From positions 32,001 through 96,000 of the forward strand of contig CBFIDD010000006.1 of NCBI GenBank assembly GCA_965661285.1: a DNA stretch of 64,000 bases. The letters are read 5' to 3'. Positions 1-8,100 of this stretch are shown here, piece by piece. Origin of the DNA: Poseidonia sp. (lineage in GTDB: Archaea > Thermoplasmatota > Poseidoniia > Poseidoniales > Poseidoniaceae). The stretch's first letter is position 1. Every line of letters begins with the position of its first letter. A program made the position numbers and the translations under genes. The notes under the pieces were generated by a model that saw only the letters and a list, made by a program, of their open reading frames with translations, had not been told where the DNA came from and ran no database searches.

Positions 1-754
1 CAACATCCTGTTTCACCCTGCCCGAAGTGGTCATGACGGTCTCAACACCCCCAGAATCGCTCATTGAGGTCATGTTGATTTCAGAATCATCGTTCGCCTT
101 GTTCAATCGAAGAGGAGCTACGGGTCGCTGGGCGGTGACAGGAGCCGTTGCTGCAGCTTGCCGGAGCCTGGCCTGGCGCTCCGCTTCTCGGTCGGCTCGA
201 CTGTCAAACCCAAACAATCCAAACACAGCATCGAGAAAACGGTCCATCGGCCCAACCCTTCGCTGAGCACCGATGGTACCCGCAACCGTTTCCTCGTCAA
301 GGTTGGAACTGCCCGTAACCCGAGCATTCGCTTTGACGATGTGGTCGGCCTCACTGAGCATCCGCACTTCGACCTTGGAATCCTCATCCAATTCCATTTC
401 GGGGGCTTCGCCGGAGAGTTCTGAAATCGACCGAGACAACCCCATCTGTGTCTGCTGGTCCATGGTGCCGTCCAGCGCCACGTCTTTTGACCAAACGCCG
501 GCTTCCTCTGCCTCGTAGACATGTTTGATTTTCCGCATGGCCTTGGCCCTGTTGTATTCGTGGTCCTTGACCACGCCCGTCCGTCGATAAACAAGGTAAC
601 ACAGCAGGAGTGCAACAGCGTACCAGCCGTACATCAGCGCAGATTCAATTTCAAACATGGCTTGCAGAGGCGGAAGAGAAAGATGCGTTGCACCCATCAA
701 GAGGAGCGGGAGTGCGCTCAAACTCCGATTGGTGAGGCCTTTGGTTTCCGCCAT
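1..754 (-). CDS. Hypothetical membrane-anchored protein, runs off the left edge of the window (partial)
   Basis: Not in the ORF track. Read by hand from ATG 754, which is preceded by GGTGA: MAETKGLTNRSLSALPLLLMGATHLSLPPLQAMFEIESALMYGWYAVALLLCYLVYRRTGVVKDHEYNRAKAMRKIK... The frame is open to base 1, with two N-terminal hydrophobic segments and a charged body. Confidence 0.75.
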   Translation of the reverse strand, partial: MAETKGLTNRSLSALPLLLMGATHLSLPPLQAMFEIESALMYGWYAVALLLCYLVYRRTGVVKDHEYNRAKAMRKIKHVYEAEEAGVWSKDVALDGTMDQQTQMGLSRSISELSGEAPEMELDEDSKVEVRMLSEADHIVKANARVTGSSNLDEETVAGTIGAQRRVGPMDRFLDAVFGLFGFDSRADREAERQARLRQAAATAPVTAQRPVAPLRLNKANDDSEINMTSMSDSGGVETVMTTSGRVKQDV

Positions 755-809
755 GTGGTTCACCTTGATGACTTGACGGTGCCCTCATGTATCTATTGGC
801 TTCTTGTGT

Positions 810-1847
810 TCACGCACGGTCGGTTGGAAGACGACCTTTTCTCAGCAAGCCGTCAGCGAGTCCCAGTGTGAAACTGATGTGAAGCATCAGCAAACACACC
901 GGGACACCCACAACCGAAGAAAAACGTCGTTGGCGAACAGCCTCAACCGCCCCACCCAGCAACAAAACAACGGCGTAGACAACCAAAGGCGACACGGCCG
1001 CCTGATGATTGGCCAAGAAAAGTACAGCCACGAGGACAAGACCAAGCAGGGGTAAAAATTCCTGCCATTTCGCTCGTCCGGGGTGTTTGAGAAGAACCTT
1101 GGTTCTCCAAAATCCGTAGCGATGGCCCATTTTCCACCACTGACGAAGCCCGCTTCGCTTGTGCATGCGTACGGTTGGCAGGGGGTGCCGATACAGGCGC
1201 TTTCCCGCTTTCAGCAGACGCATGGAGAGATCGCTGTCCTGGCTTGTGATGAACGATTCGTCCCAACCCCCTACAGCATCAACCGCCTCACGACGATGCA
1301 TCACAAAGGCAGGAACGTTGGTCGGGCCCGGAACGGTGAATTGACTGAATTGGCCGCCGCTTCGCCCGAGCGGTGAGGCCAGAGCACCCTCGACCCAATC
1401 GCCCACACGGGTACGACGATGTTCCGCCTTGAGCACACGAACCCCAACACCTGCCAAGCCGTCGGGCGCCAAGGCTTCGCAATCTTCCCAAGCACGAAAG
1501 CGTTGCTCGAGATGGTCCTCGGAAACCGTGGCGTGCCCGATCATTTCAACGGTGAACTGTACGCTCTCGGGCAGAATTTTCAGAGCGAGATTACGGGCAT
1601 GCGCCACCGTTCGTTGTGGATTCTTATCCAGCACCAAACGTGGCCATTTCGAATCCTGATGCTCCTTGATCAGCCGCTGAACAATGGCGACCGTCCCGTC
1701 ATCGGAACCACCATCGAGAACGAGAATCATGTGGCTGGTCGGTTCAAGTGTTTGATGAAGTAAACTGGTGAGACACGCCTCAATGAATTCGGCTTCGTTG
1801 AGCACGGGAACGACGGTCGCCAGCAACGGCATGCCGTCCCCATCCAT
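810..1847 (-). CDS. Glycosyltransferase family 2 (GT-A fold, ExoA-like) with C-terminal TM helices
   Basis: VVPVLNEAEFIEACLTSL, LDGGSDDGT, ARNLAL, VGGWDESF..SQDSDLSMRL, and a hydrophobic C-terminus. Confidence 0.9.
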   Translation of the reverse strand: MDGDGMPLLATVVPVLNEAEFIEACLTSLLHQTLEPTSHMILVLDGGSDDGTVAIVQRLIKEHQDSKWPRLVLDKNPQRTVAHARNLALKILPESVQFTVEMIGHATVSEDHLEQRFRAWEDCEALAPDGLAGVGVRVLKAEHRRTRVGDWVEGALASPLGRSGGQFSQFTVPGPTNVPAFVMHRREAVDAVGGWDESFITSQDSDLSMRLLKAGKRLYRHPLPTVRMHKRSGLRQWWKMGHRYGFWRTKVLLKHPGRAKWQEFLPLLGLVLVAVLFLANHQAAVSPLVVYAVVLLLGGAVEAVRQRRFSSVVGVPVCLLMLHISFTLGLADGLLRKGRLPTDRA

Positions 1848-1915
1848 GAAGGAGGCTGGAACGCCCCGGTTTTCACCTCTTCGCCATGCAGTGAGACCGC
1901 CCGCATGTTCTTTGA

Positions 1916-2452
1916 GTGACGGCCCCTGCCACAGCCATGGAAGGCTCTCGCATCCGGCTCACGGGAACGGGCGAAGGGTTTGCAACCAAGGTGCACACGG
2001 TTCTTTCGGGAGCCGATTCTCCACAGAGCGTCCTTGCTGCTCTTCAACTCCTTTTTCCCGAAATACAGCTGGATGACCTTCCCGGTGAGCCCTCGTTTGG
2101 CCACGCCTCTCACCACGAATGGGCCTTTGTAGACGTCTCGTTGCATGCGTTCCTCAATCAACTGCACGAACAGCGAATATTGGACACAGCCTTGGACGCC
2201 ATGTCACTCAACATGGAAGGAACATCCACGACGTTCTCGATTGCACGACAGGCGGCGGTTGCCGGAAAAATCGCCTTTCCCATACCGGGAGACCGTCCCC
2301 TTGGCGGGGTGATTGACATCACGATTTCCGGCCAAGGTCTCGCCGATTGGCTTCAAGCAGCGACATGGCATGCGGGTCGAAGCCAAGTTCCCCGTCATAT
2401 CAACGACGAGCGTTCGATGGAAGCCGACGGTGAGGCGACGACTTGGGTTTGA
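1916..2452 (+). CDS. UPF0201/DUF54-like archaeal RNA-binding-domain protein
   Basis: QRILDTA..AM..., F.IARQAAVAGKIAF..., PLGG.IDITISG match my recollection of the DUF54 pattern. The start may be ATG 1937. Confidence 0.65.
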   Translation: MTAPATAMEGSRIRLTGTGEGFATKVHTVLSGADSPQSVLAALQLLFPEIQLDDLPGEPSFGHASHHEWAFVDVSLHAFLNQLHEQRILDTALDAMSLNMEGTSTTFSIARQAAVAGKIAFPIPGDRPLGGVIDITISGQGLADWLQAATWHAGRSQVPRHINDERSMEADGEATTWV

Positions 2453-3464
2453 TGATGTTCAGCAAACGTTCAGCCATCTCTCCATCCCGACCGGCCCAGA
2501 CCAAGGCATCGTCAGTGAAATCACCCCTCCAATCAAAGGCGTCGTGAACGGTCATGGCGGGCTCCGCGTCATCGTCAACCGAGGTGCACAAGACGAGATG
2601 AATGGCAAAGTGTGCGTCGCCCCTCGACCGATACCATGTGCCAAGGGGATGCAACGGCGACACCTCAAGGTCCAATTCTTCTCGGACCTCCCGAACAACG
2701 GCGTCACGCCAATGCTCACCGGGTTCACACTTCCCACCAGGAAATTCCCATCGTCCAGCGTCAGCCTCTTGGGACTGTCGTCGGGTGATGAGCACACGGT
2801 CCTGCTTTCGGACGGCCGCTGCTACAACGTGAACCGCATCATGAGGATAGGGTCGCAGAAGATGGGCGAGGCATGCCTCAACGAAGGCCTCCGCCATGGG
2901 AGCTGGCAGGTGGTCCTCGCTGGGCAAATGGAGGAAGAGGACAGGTGGGGGAAGCGGTGTAGCACCTGGACCGCTTGAGAGGGCCTTCAGGGTCGCATGG
3001 TACGTTTCGTTGCAAAGATACGCCCCGGCGTCCACCGAAAGGGTGTAAGCGCTTGGAAAGTGTTCGGGGCTCCAAACAGACGGGTCGACCCAGCAACCTC
3101 GTGCGCCCTGTCCATCGATGATTGTGTTGTTCACCTGTCGGCCTGCGTTATCTGGAATATGCATATCCAACGTGTCCCTCGCCAGGCATTCAATTCGTGG
3201 CACCGTGCATGAATCACACAACCCCACGTGAAGAATCGCGTCCCATCGTTCGCCACCATCAATTCGCTGGGAGGTTTTTTGAGCACCTCGTGAATCCACG
3301 GAGAGGACATCGGTGGCTATGGAAAGGTAGAGGGGTTCCTTTGACCACGGACATGCCAAGGCGCGTTCACCGGCCATCTTCGATACAACGGTTTGGCTGA
3401 TGTTGGTCGCATGCCCTCCAAAGGGTTCGAACCCCGTGAGGAGCACATTGTACTCAGGTGCCAT
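2400..3464 (-). CDS. Pyroglutamyl-peptidase I (C15) fused to a C-terminal MutT-like NUDIX hydrolase
   Basis: N-terminal LLTGFEPFGG, LSVDAGAYLCN (catalytic Cys) and FLHLP (His). C-terminal Nudix box GRWEFPGGKCEPGEHWRDAVVREVREELD. Confidence 0.88.
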   Translation of the reverse strand: MAPEYNVLLTGFEPFGGHATNISQTVVSKMAGERALACPWSKEPLYLSIATDVLSVDSRGAQKTSQRIDGGERWDAILHVGLCDSCTVPRIECLARDTLDMHIPDNAGRQVNNTIIDGQGARGCWVDPSVWSPEHFPSAYTLSVDAGAYLCNETYHATLKALSSGPGATPLPPPVLFLHLPSEDHLPAPMAEAFVEACLAHLLRPYPHDAVHVVAAAVRKQDRVLITRRQSQEADAGRWEFPGGKCEPGEHWRDAVVREVREELDLEVSPLHPLGTWYRSRGDAHFAIHLVLCTSVDDDAEPAMTVHDAFDWRGDFTDDALVWAGRDGEMAERLLNIIKPKSSPHRRLPSNARR

Positions 3465-3549
3465 GCTCCGAACGGTGCGCCTCAGTTATTGATACATCCT
3501 CCCTGATTGTCTGCGTCATCTTGACAAAGAAGAAACGATACCCCGTTTC

Positions 3550-3885
3550 ATGGAAGAGGAATTGGTGGTTCAATTCACCCCCGAGACCAATTCCGTCAAA
3601 GAGGGCATTCTCCCGGTGCGAATCGTCAAGGAAATTTGGCGTGAAATCACCTTTGGTGTGGGAACATGGGGGGCTTTGAGACCACTTGTAGCGGCGTTAT
3701 TGGCGGTCGTACCGTTCCTCTTTTTGGGCCAACATTTCAATCGGCAACACCGCCGAGGTTTCGAATGGTCGTTCCTTCAAATCCCACTGGCCTTCACCGT
3801 CCTTTTGTGGATCGGTTTGTACCTTTGGTCCATTTTTGACGCATGGCGGGATGCGGTAGCGGCCTTGGGTCAAGGCCAGAGTTGA
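3550..3885 (+). CDS. Small membrane protein (2 TM)
   Basis: ATG start, two hydrophobic helices (PLVAALLAVVPFLFLG and LQIPLAFTVLLWIGLYLWSIFDAW), fills the gap between its neighbours. Confidence 0.7.
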   Translation: MEEELVVQFTPETNSVKEGILPVRIVKEIWREITFGVGTWGALRPLVAALLAVVPFLFLGQHFNRQHRRGFEWSFLQIPLAFTVLLWIGLYLWSIFDAWRDAVAALGQGQS

Positions 3886-4673
3886 TCGCGGACGGGGATG
3901 CTTCCGTCGGCCAACCCAGCCATGTCGTTGAGATCGTCGGCATCGAATTCATTGGGTAATTCACCAAAAATGAAGTTCGAAATATCACCGGATTCTACCG
4001 CCCAGTACATCACGGATTCTTCGTTATTTGAGTGCCCCGGATGTTCATCGTCTTCGTGGTCAACCGGTGATTGGTACACCAAATTCACCAAGCCAAGCAA
4101 ATGACCGACTTCGTGGATGAGGACGCTGTTTTCAACATCTTCAATGGATGGACGGCCAAATGGACCATCGGCTTCATCGATGGAATCACTGAACAGCGCA
4201 ACCGTCGAGGCATCAACGGCAACACCCAGCACCGAATCTGTCTCGTAAGTTCCCGAGGGGAACATGACTTGCCAGTAGAGGGTGGTTCCCTCCCTTGGGG
4301 AATGGTCCTTCGTTGCCCAGCCCTTGTCCCGAACGTCCTGAGCCGACCATGTCCCTTCGTGCTCAAAGGAGACCTCTTCAAACGAGACAGAAATTCCAGA
4401 AGGTTTGTCGCAGACTTGCTCCAAACGGTCAACGAGCATGTCCGTGCTGCTTGAGAACGGCCGATACCCTGGTTCGTGTGTGATTTCAACGACCATCGAG
4501 GTGTACATGCTGCTGCGGAGGCACGCCAAGGTGAGGCCACCGGGAACGCCTTTCTTTTCTGGCAGCAGGGTCAAATTTTCATCGCCTAAACAGCCTGAAA
4601 GTCCACACGCAAGCATCATGCTCACGAGAAGGAAAGCGAGTGGGGCACGCCGTGCCATGGCTCCTGCTCGCAT
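3870..4673 (-). CDS. Lipoprotein zinc metallopeptidase (metzincin-like)
   Basis: Signal peptide with lipobox LSGC, HEVGHLLGL zinc motif, downstream H..HS and Met-turn-like SVMYW. The start may be ATG 4658. Confidence 0.8.
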   Translation of the reverse strand: MRAGAMARRAPLAFLLVSMMLACGLSGCLGDENLTLLPEKKGVPGGLTLACLRSSMYTSMVVEITHEPGYRPFSSSTDMLVDRLEQVCDKPSGISVSFEEVSFEHEGTWSAQDVRDKGWATKDHSPREGTTLYWQVMFPSGTYETDSVLGVAVDASTVALFSDSIDEADGPFGRPSIEDVENSVLIHEVGHLLGLVNLVYQSPVDHEDDEHPGHSNNEESVMYWAVESGDISNFIFGELPNEFDADDLNDMAGLADGSIPVRDQLWP

Positions 4674-4694
4674 GATGTCTTTTTGAATCTCTGC

Positions 4695-5138
4695 TTACCA
4701 ATCGTCGGGGACATCCAGCGGTGAAAAGAGTTGACCCGGACCGGTAGCGGAGGCCAGTTGCGACCGGGCGAGGTGCTCCCACTGTCGCAGCGCAAGGAGA
4801 GCTTCGATGACCGAAACGTCGATCTCAATCAGCGTCACCCGAATCAACGTGTCAAGGATGTCCATGCGTTGATGGTCGATGATGTCCATCACCTTGTCCA
4901 AAGCAAAATTCGACGAGGATTCCGCACCCTCCACCTCGAGAGGCCACGGAGAGTGAACCCGTTCGTTGACGGTCTGTCCCGTCGCCTCAAGATGTTGGTT
5001 GAGGGTGTGCATGAGCTGATTGATGTGTTTCTGAAGCACCAAGGAAACCTCGACCAGCGGCATGTTGAGTTGCTTGATGAGATTCACCGTGCGCTCTGTC
5101 AGCGTGACCAAGCCGTCCACAGGTTCGTCGTCCGACAC
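4695..5138 (-). CDS. Hypothetical helical cytoplasmic protein
   Basis: GTG 5138 follows GAGGGGTGA, 11 bp after the stop of the upstream giant gene. The ORF-track start at 5213 overlaps that gene. Confidence 0.7.
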   Translation of the reverse strand: MSDDEPVDGLVTLTERTVNLIKQLNMPLVEVSLVLQKHINQLMHTLNQHLEATGQTVNERVHSPWPLEVEGAESSSNFALDKVMDIIDHQRMDILDTLIRVTLIEIDVSVIEALLALRQWEHLARSQLASATGPGQLFSPLDVPDDW

Positions 5139-5149
5139 CTGTTCACCCC

Positions 5150-8100
5150 TCACTTCTTCGATAGGGCATCGATGAACTGCCAACCGTAGGAATTCCATTG
5201 TTCCTGAGACCATCCGTCAGGAAGGCCGGTCGGTGGCAGGGGAGCAGGTTGTGAACGGTCGGGGCCGCTGGGTGGAGGTGGGACCTGCGCCGATGGTGCC
5301 GCGGGTACTGGCGCTGCTGGAGCGGGGGGTTGTGCAATGGCAGGCACAGCCTTGCTCGAGTTCATCTCTTCTGCGACCACATCGGTTTGGTCAGCAGCCT
5401 CTTCTTCGGTTTCGGGTGCGAGCATACGACGTCGGAGCACCATAGCGTACATACCGAAGGAGACCGAAGCGAGAGCGATGATAAACAGCGAAACGCTGAA
5501 CACATCGGTGGAGAGTTGTTGTGTGAGGGCTTCACCGTCTCGCACGGTTTCCTCTTTGATGAGAAGTGAATCCACGGTGTGGCGGTCCATTTCCACGCCA
5601 TCAACCAGAACGATCACGCGATAGTCGATGCTTGAGCCAGCCGGTGCATCGGCCACAATCGGGAGAGCGGCCGTAAGAGAAGTACCGGTTGAAGCAGCCA
5701 CCTCAACCGAGGCCACGGTGGACCAGAAGCCTCCGTCCACGAGTTCCTGAAGCGCAAAGGCCACATCGCCGTTACCACCGAGGTTGTCGGTCGTGACAAT
5801 CATCTTCGCTGTTTCACCCACATAGGGGCTTGGAACGTCCCACTGCAGCGTTGTTGAAGCATCTTGCAGGTCAACTCGAGGACCGACCAAAGCCAACGGC
5901 CATGATGAGAAGGGCTCGGCCATGGAATTGGATTGCGTGTCGTAAGGATTGCCCGCTTCATCAGAACCGGAAACCCACACATCAACAGCATAGGAAGGCA
6001 GGAGGGTCGTGGCGCCTGAGTCGGTCAAATCCAGGGAGCCGCTCCAGAAGAATTGCTGACCAAACGGTGTGATGTCGGGCAGCAAAACACTGCCTCGTGA
6101 GATTTCGGCCTCGCCTGCTTTCACCCTGTAATGGAGCACAGCGGGTTCATCAAAGTCAAACCCGTTTTCGTCATTCGTGATGAGAATGACTTCGAGGTTG
6201 TCGGCCTGCCCAATTGAAATCGGTGAACCTTGAGGCACACCGTTCAGGGAGATGCTGTCAATGGTGGGTCGCGAATTGTCAACCGCCAGGCGCACCCGTG
6301 GGGAAAAGGCCGTTTCATCCAAGGCCAAACCGGGCATGTCGTCCATGCTCAAACGAAGGTCAAGTCGACCGGAGCGCACCGCTGGCACAAGCAAGTCAAG
6401 GCTGAACTCACCATCGTCCCGCGTGGAGGTTCGCCAGTTGTTTTCGAAATCCCCAAACACGACATCGAAGGCGCCTGCAGGAGCAGGAGTTTCGTCTTCT
6501 GCAAAGAGAACCCGGCCGGAAACCCGGAGAGCCTGTCCTGCACCGATGATGGTCTCATAATTTTCTGAGTTGTAGTGGTTCACGCTGTTTCGCAACTCAA
6601 TCGCACGTATCTTCCCCGATTGGGTATCAAAACGGAAATCGTTGTCAAGACTCCACCAATCATCGCCGAAGCCTTCCGAAACCTCAAAGCACGGCACGAC
6701 TTCATTTTCGTTGCACGGCATGTCCGTCACCTTGATTCGAGGCAAGAAATGGGATACGCCGTCGGTGTCATAGGCCTCGGGGAACATCCATGTGAGTTGG
6801 AACCTCGCTTGGATGATGACAACCGTATCGTCGCCTTCTTCCAAATCAACCGTTGAGTAGAGATTGGAGACGGCAATGTTGTCAGACCCGGACGTCATGA
6901 CGGCGACCGGGAGCCCGTCTTCGCCTTTGGCGAGGGTGATGAACAAGGACGATTCGTCGTCGTCAAAGTCACCCGCAAGCGCGACTTGGACATATTGGAT
7001 ATCTTGCCAACCGTTCGCATCGCTGAGCTTGATTTGCGCCGTGTAGGGGACACCTGGATGCATGGGTTCGTAATCATCATGTCCGAGAATGGTCGTGTTG
7101 CCAAGGTCAACCTCTGGCTCGAATTCTTGACGGATATGGTAGGTCACCAGGTCAGCGTCCCAATCGGGAAGCACCTCGCCCGGCCGATAACCGCAGGTGA
7201 TGGAAGAGACGGGACAAACGGGCCCGCGCCCCATGGCGATCTCGTTGTTTTGCTCGTCCTCACCGGAGACATAGAACGAAACCCGCTGCTTGTGCAGCAG
7301 CATCGAATCGTCGATGAGCCCCTCAAAGATGTTCAGGCCACCGGCCCGCGTTTCGGGGGAGGTCAAGGTCATGAGTTCGTATTCATCTTCGTTGGGCAAA
7401 CCGTCGAAGTTGTAGTCCGTACATCCGATGGCATCGCTGGCTTTGCACCCAACCCAGTAGTGGAGGTTGAGTTGGCGTGGCGGGTCCACCGAGTCTTGGA
7501 CGGTGACGGAGACGGATTGACCCACGCCGGAGGCTCCAGCATGCCGCTCCTCTCCGTCCATTGGCGTTGCACTCAGCACAAGCGGGGAGTTACCGTCAAG
7601 GATCAATCGAATGGAGTTGTAGTTTGGATTTGTGTAGGTGGAGCCGTTCTCCAAATCGACCGCTTGGACGTAGAAAATCATCCCGCCCGGTTGTGATTCT
7701 ATGGGTGAGGTGAAGGTCATGTTGTAGGCGCCAAAGGCAGGGTTGACTTCCTCGTACAGGACGAGTGGCTCGCCCATCGGGTCCCCGTCAAAGGTCACGT
7801 TTTGACCGATGACGCGCAGTGAGAAACTACCAGCGGGCGGCATGAGTTGGGAGTCCTGGAAGTGGATGGAACCACTGAAACTGAGATTGAACCCACCGCG
7901 AACCCAATCCATAGGGAAGAGTTGTCGGCCTGTTTCTTCCCATACCTGGAGTCCGTCAAGTTGGATATCGTTCTCCACGACGAGCTCCATTTCGGAGGTG
8001 GTCCATTGATTGACGGCAACACCGAGGTCGTCTTCCACGGTGATCACAGCCTCTGCGCTGCTCTCATCGTCCCACGACCAGTTGACTTTCGTCGGCATCC

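Noticed and set aside
118-615. 165-aa minus-strand ORF and overlapping plus-strand ORFs at the left edge
   Set aside because: They are alternative frames of the better-supported partial CDS at 1-754.
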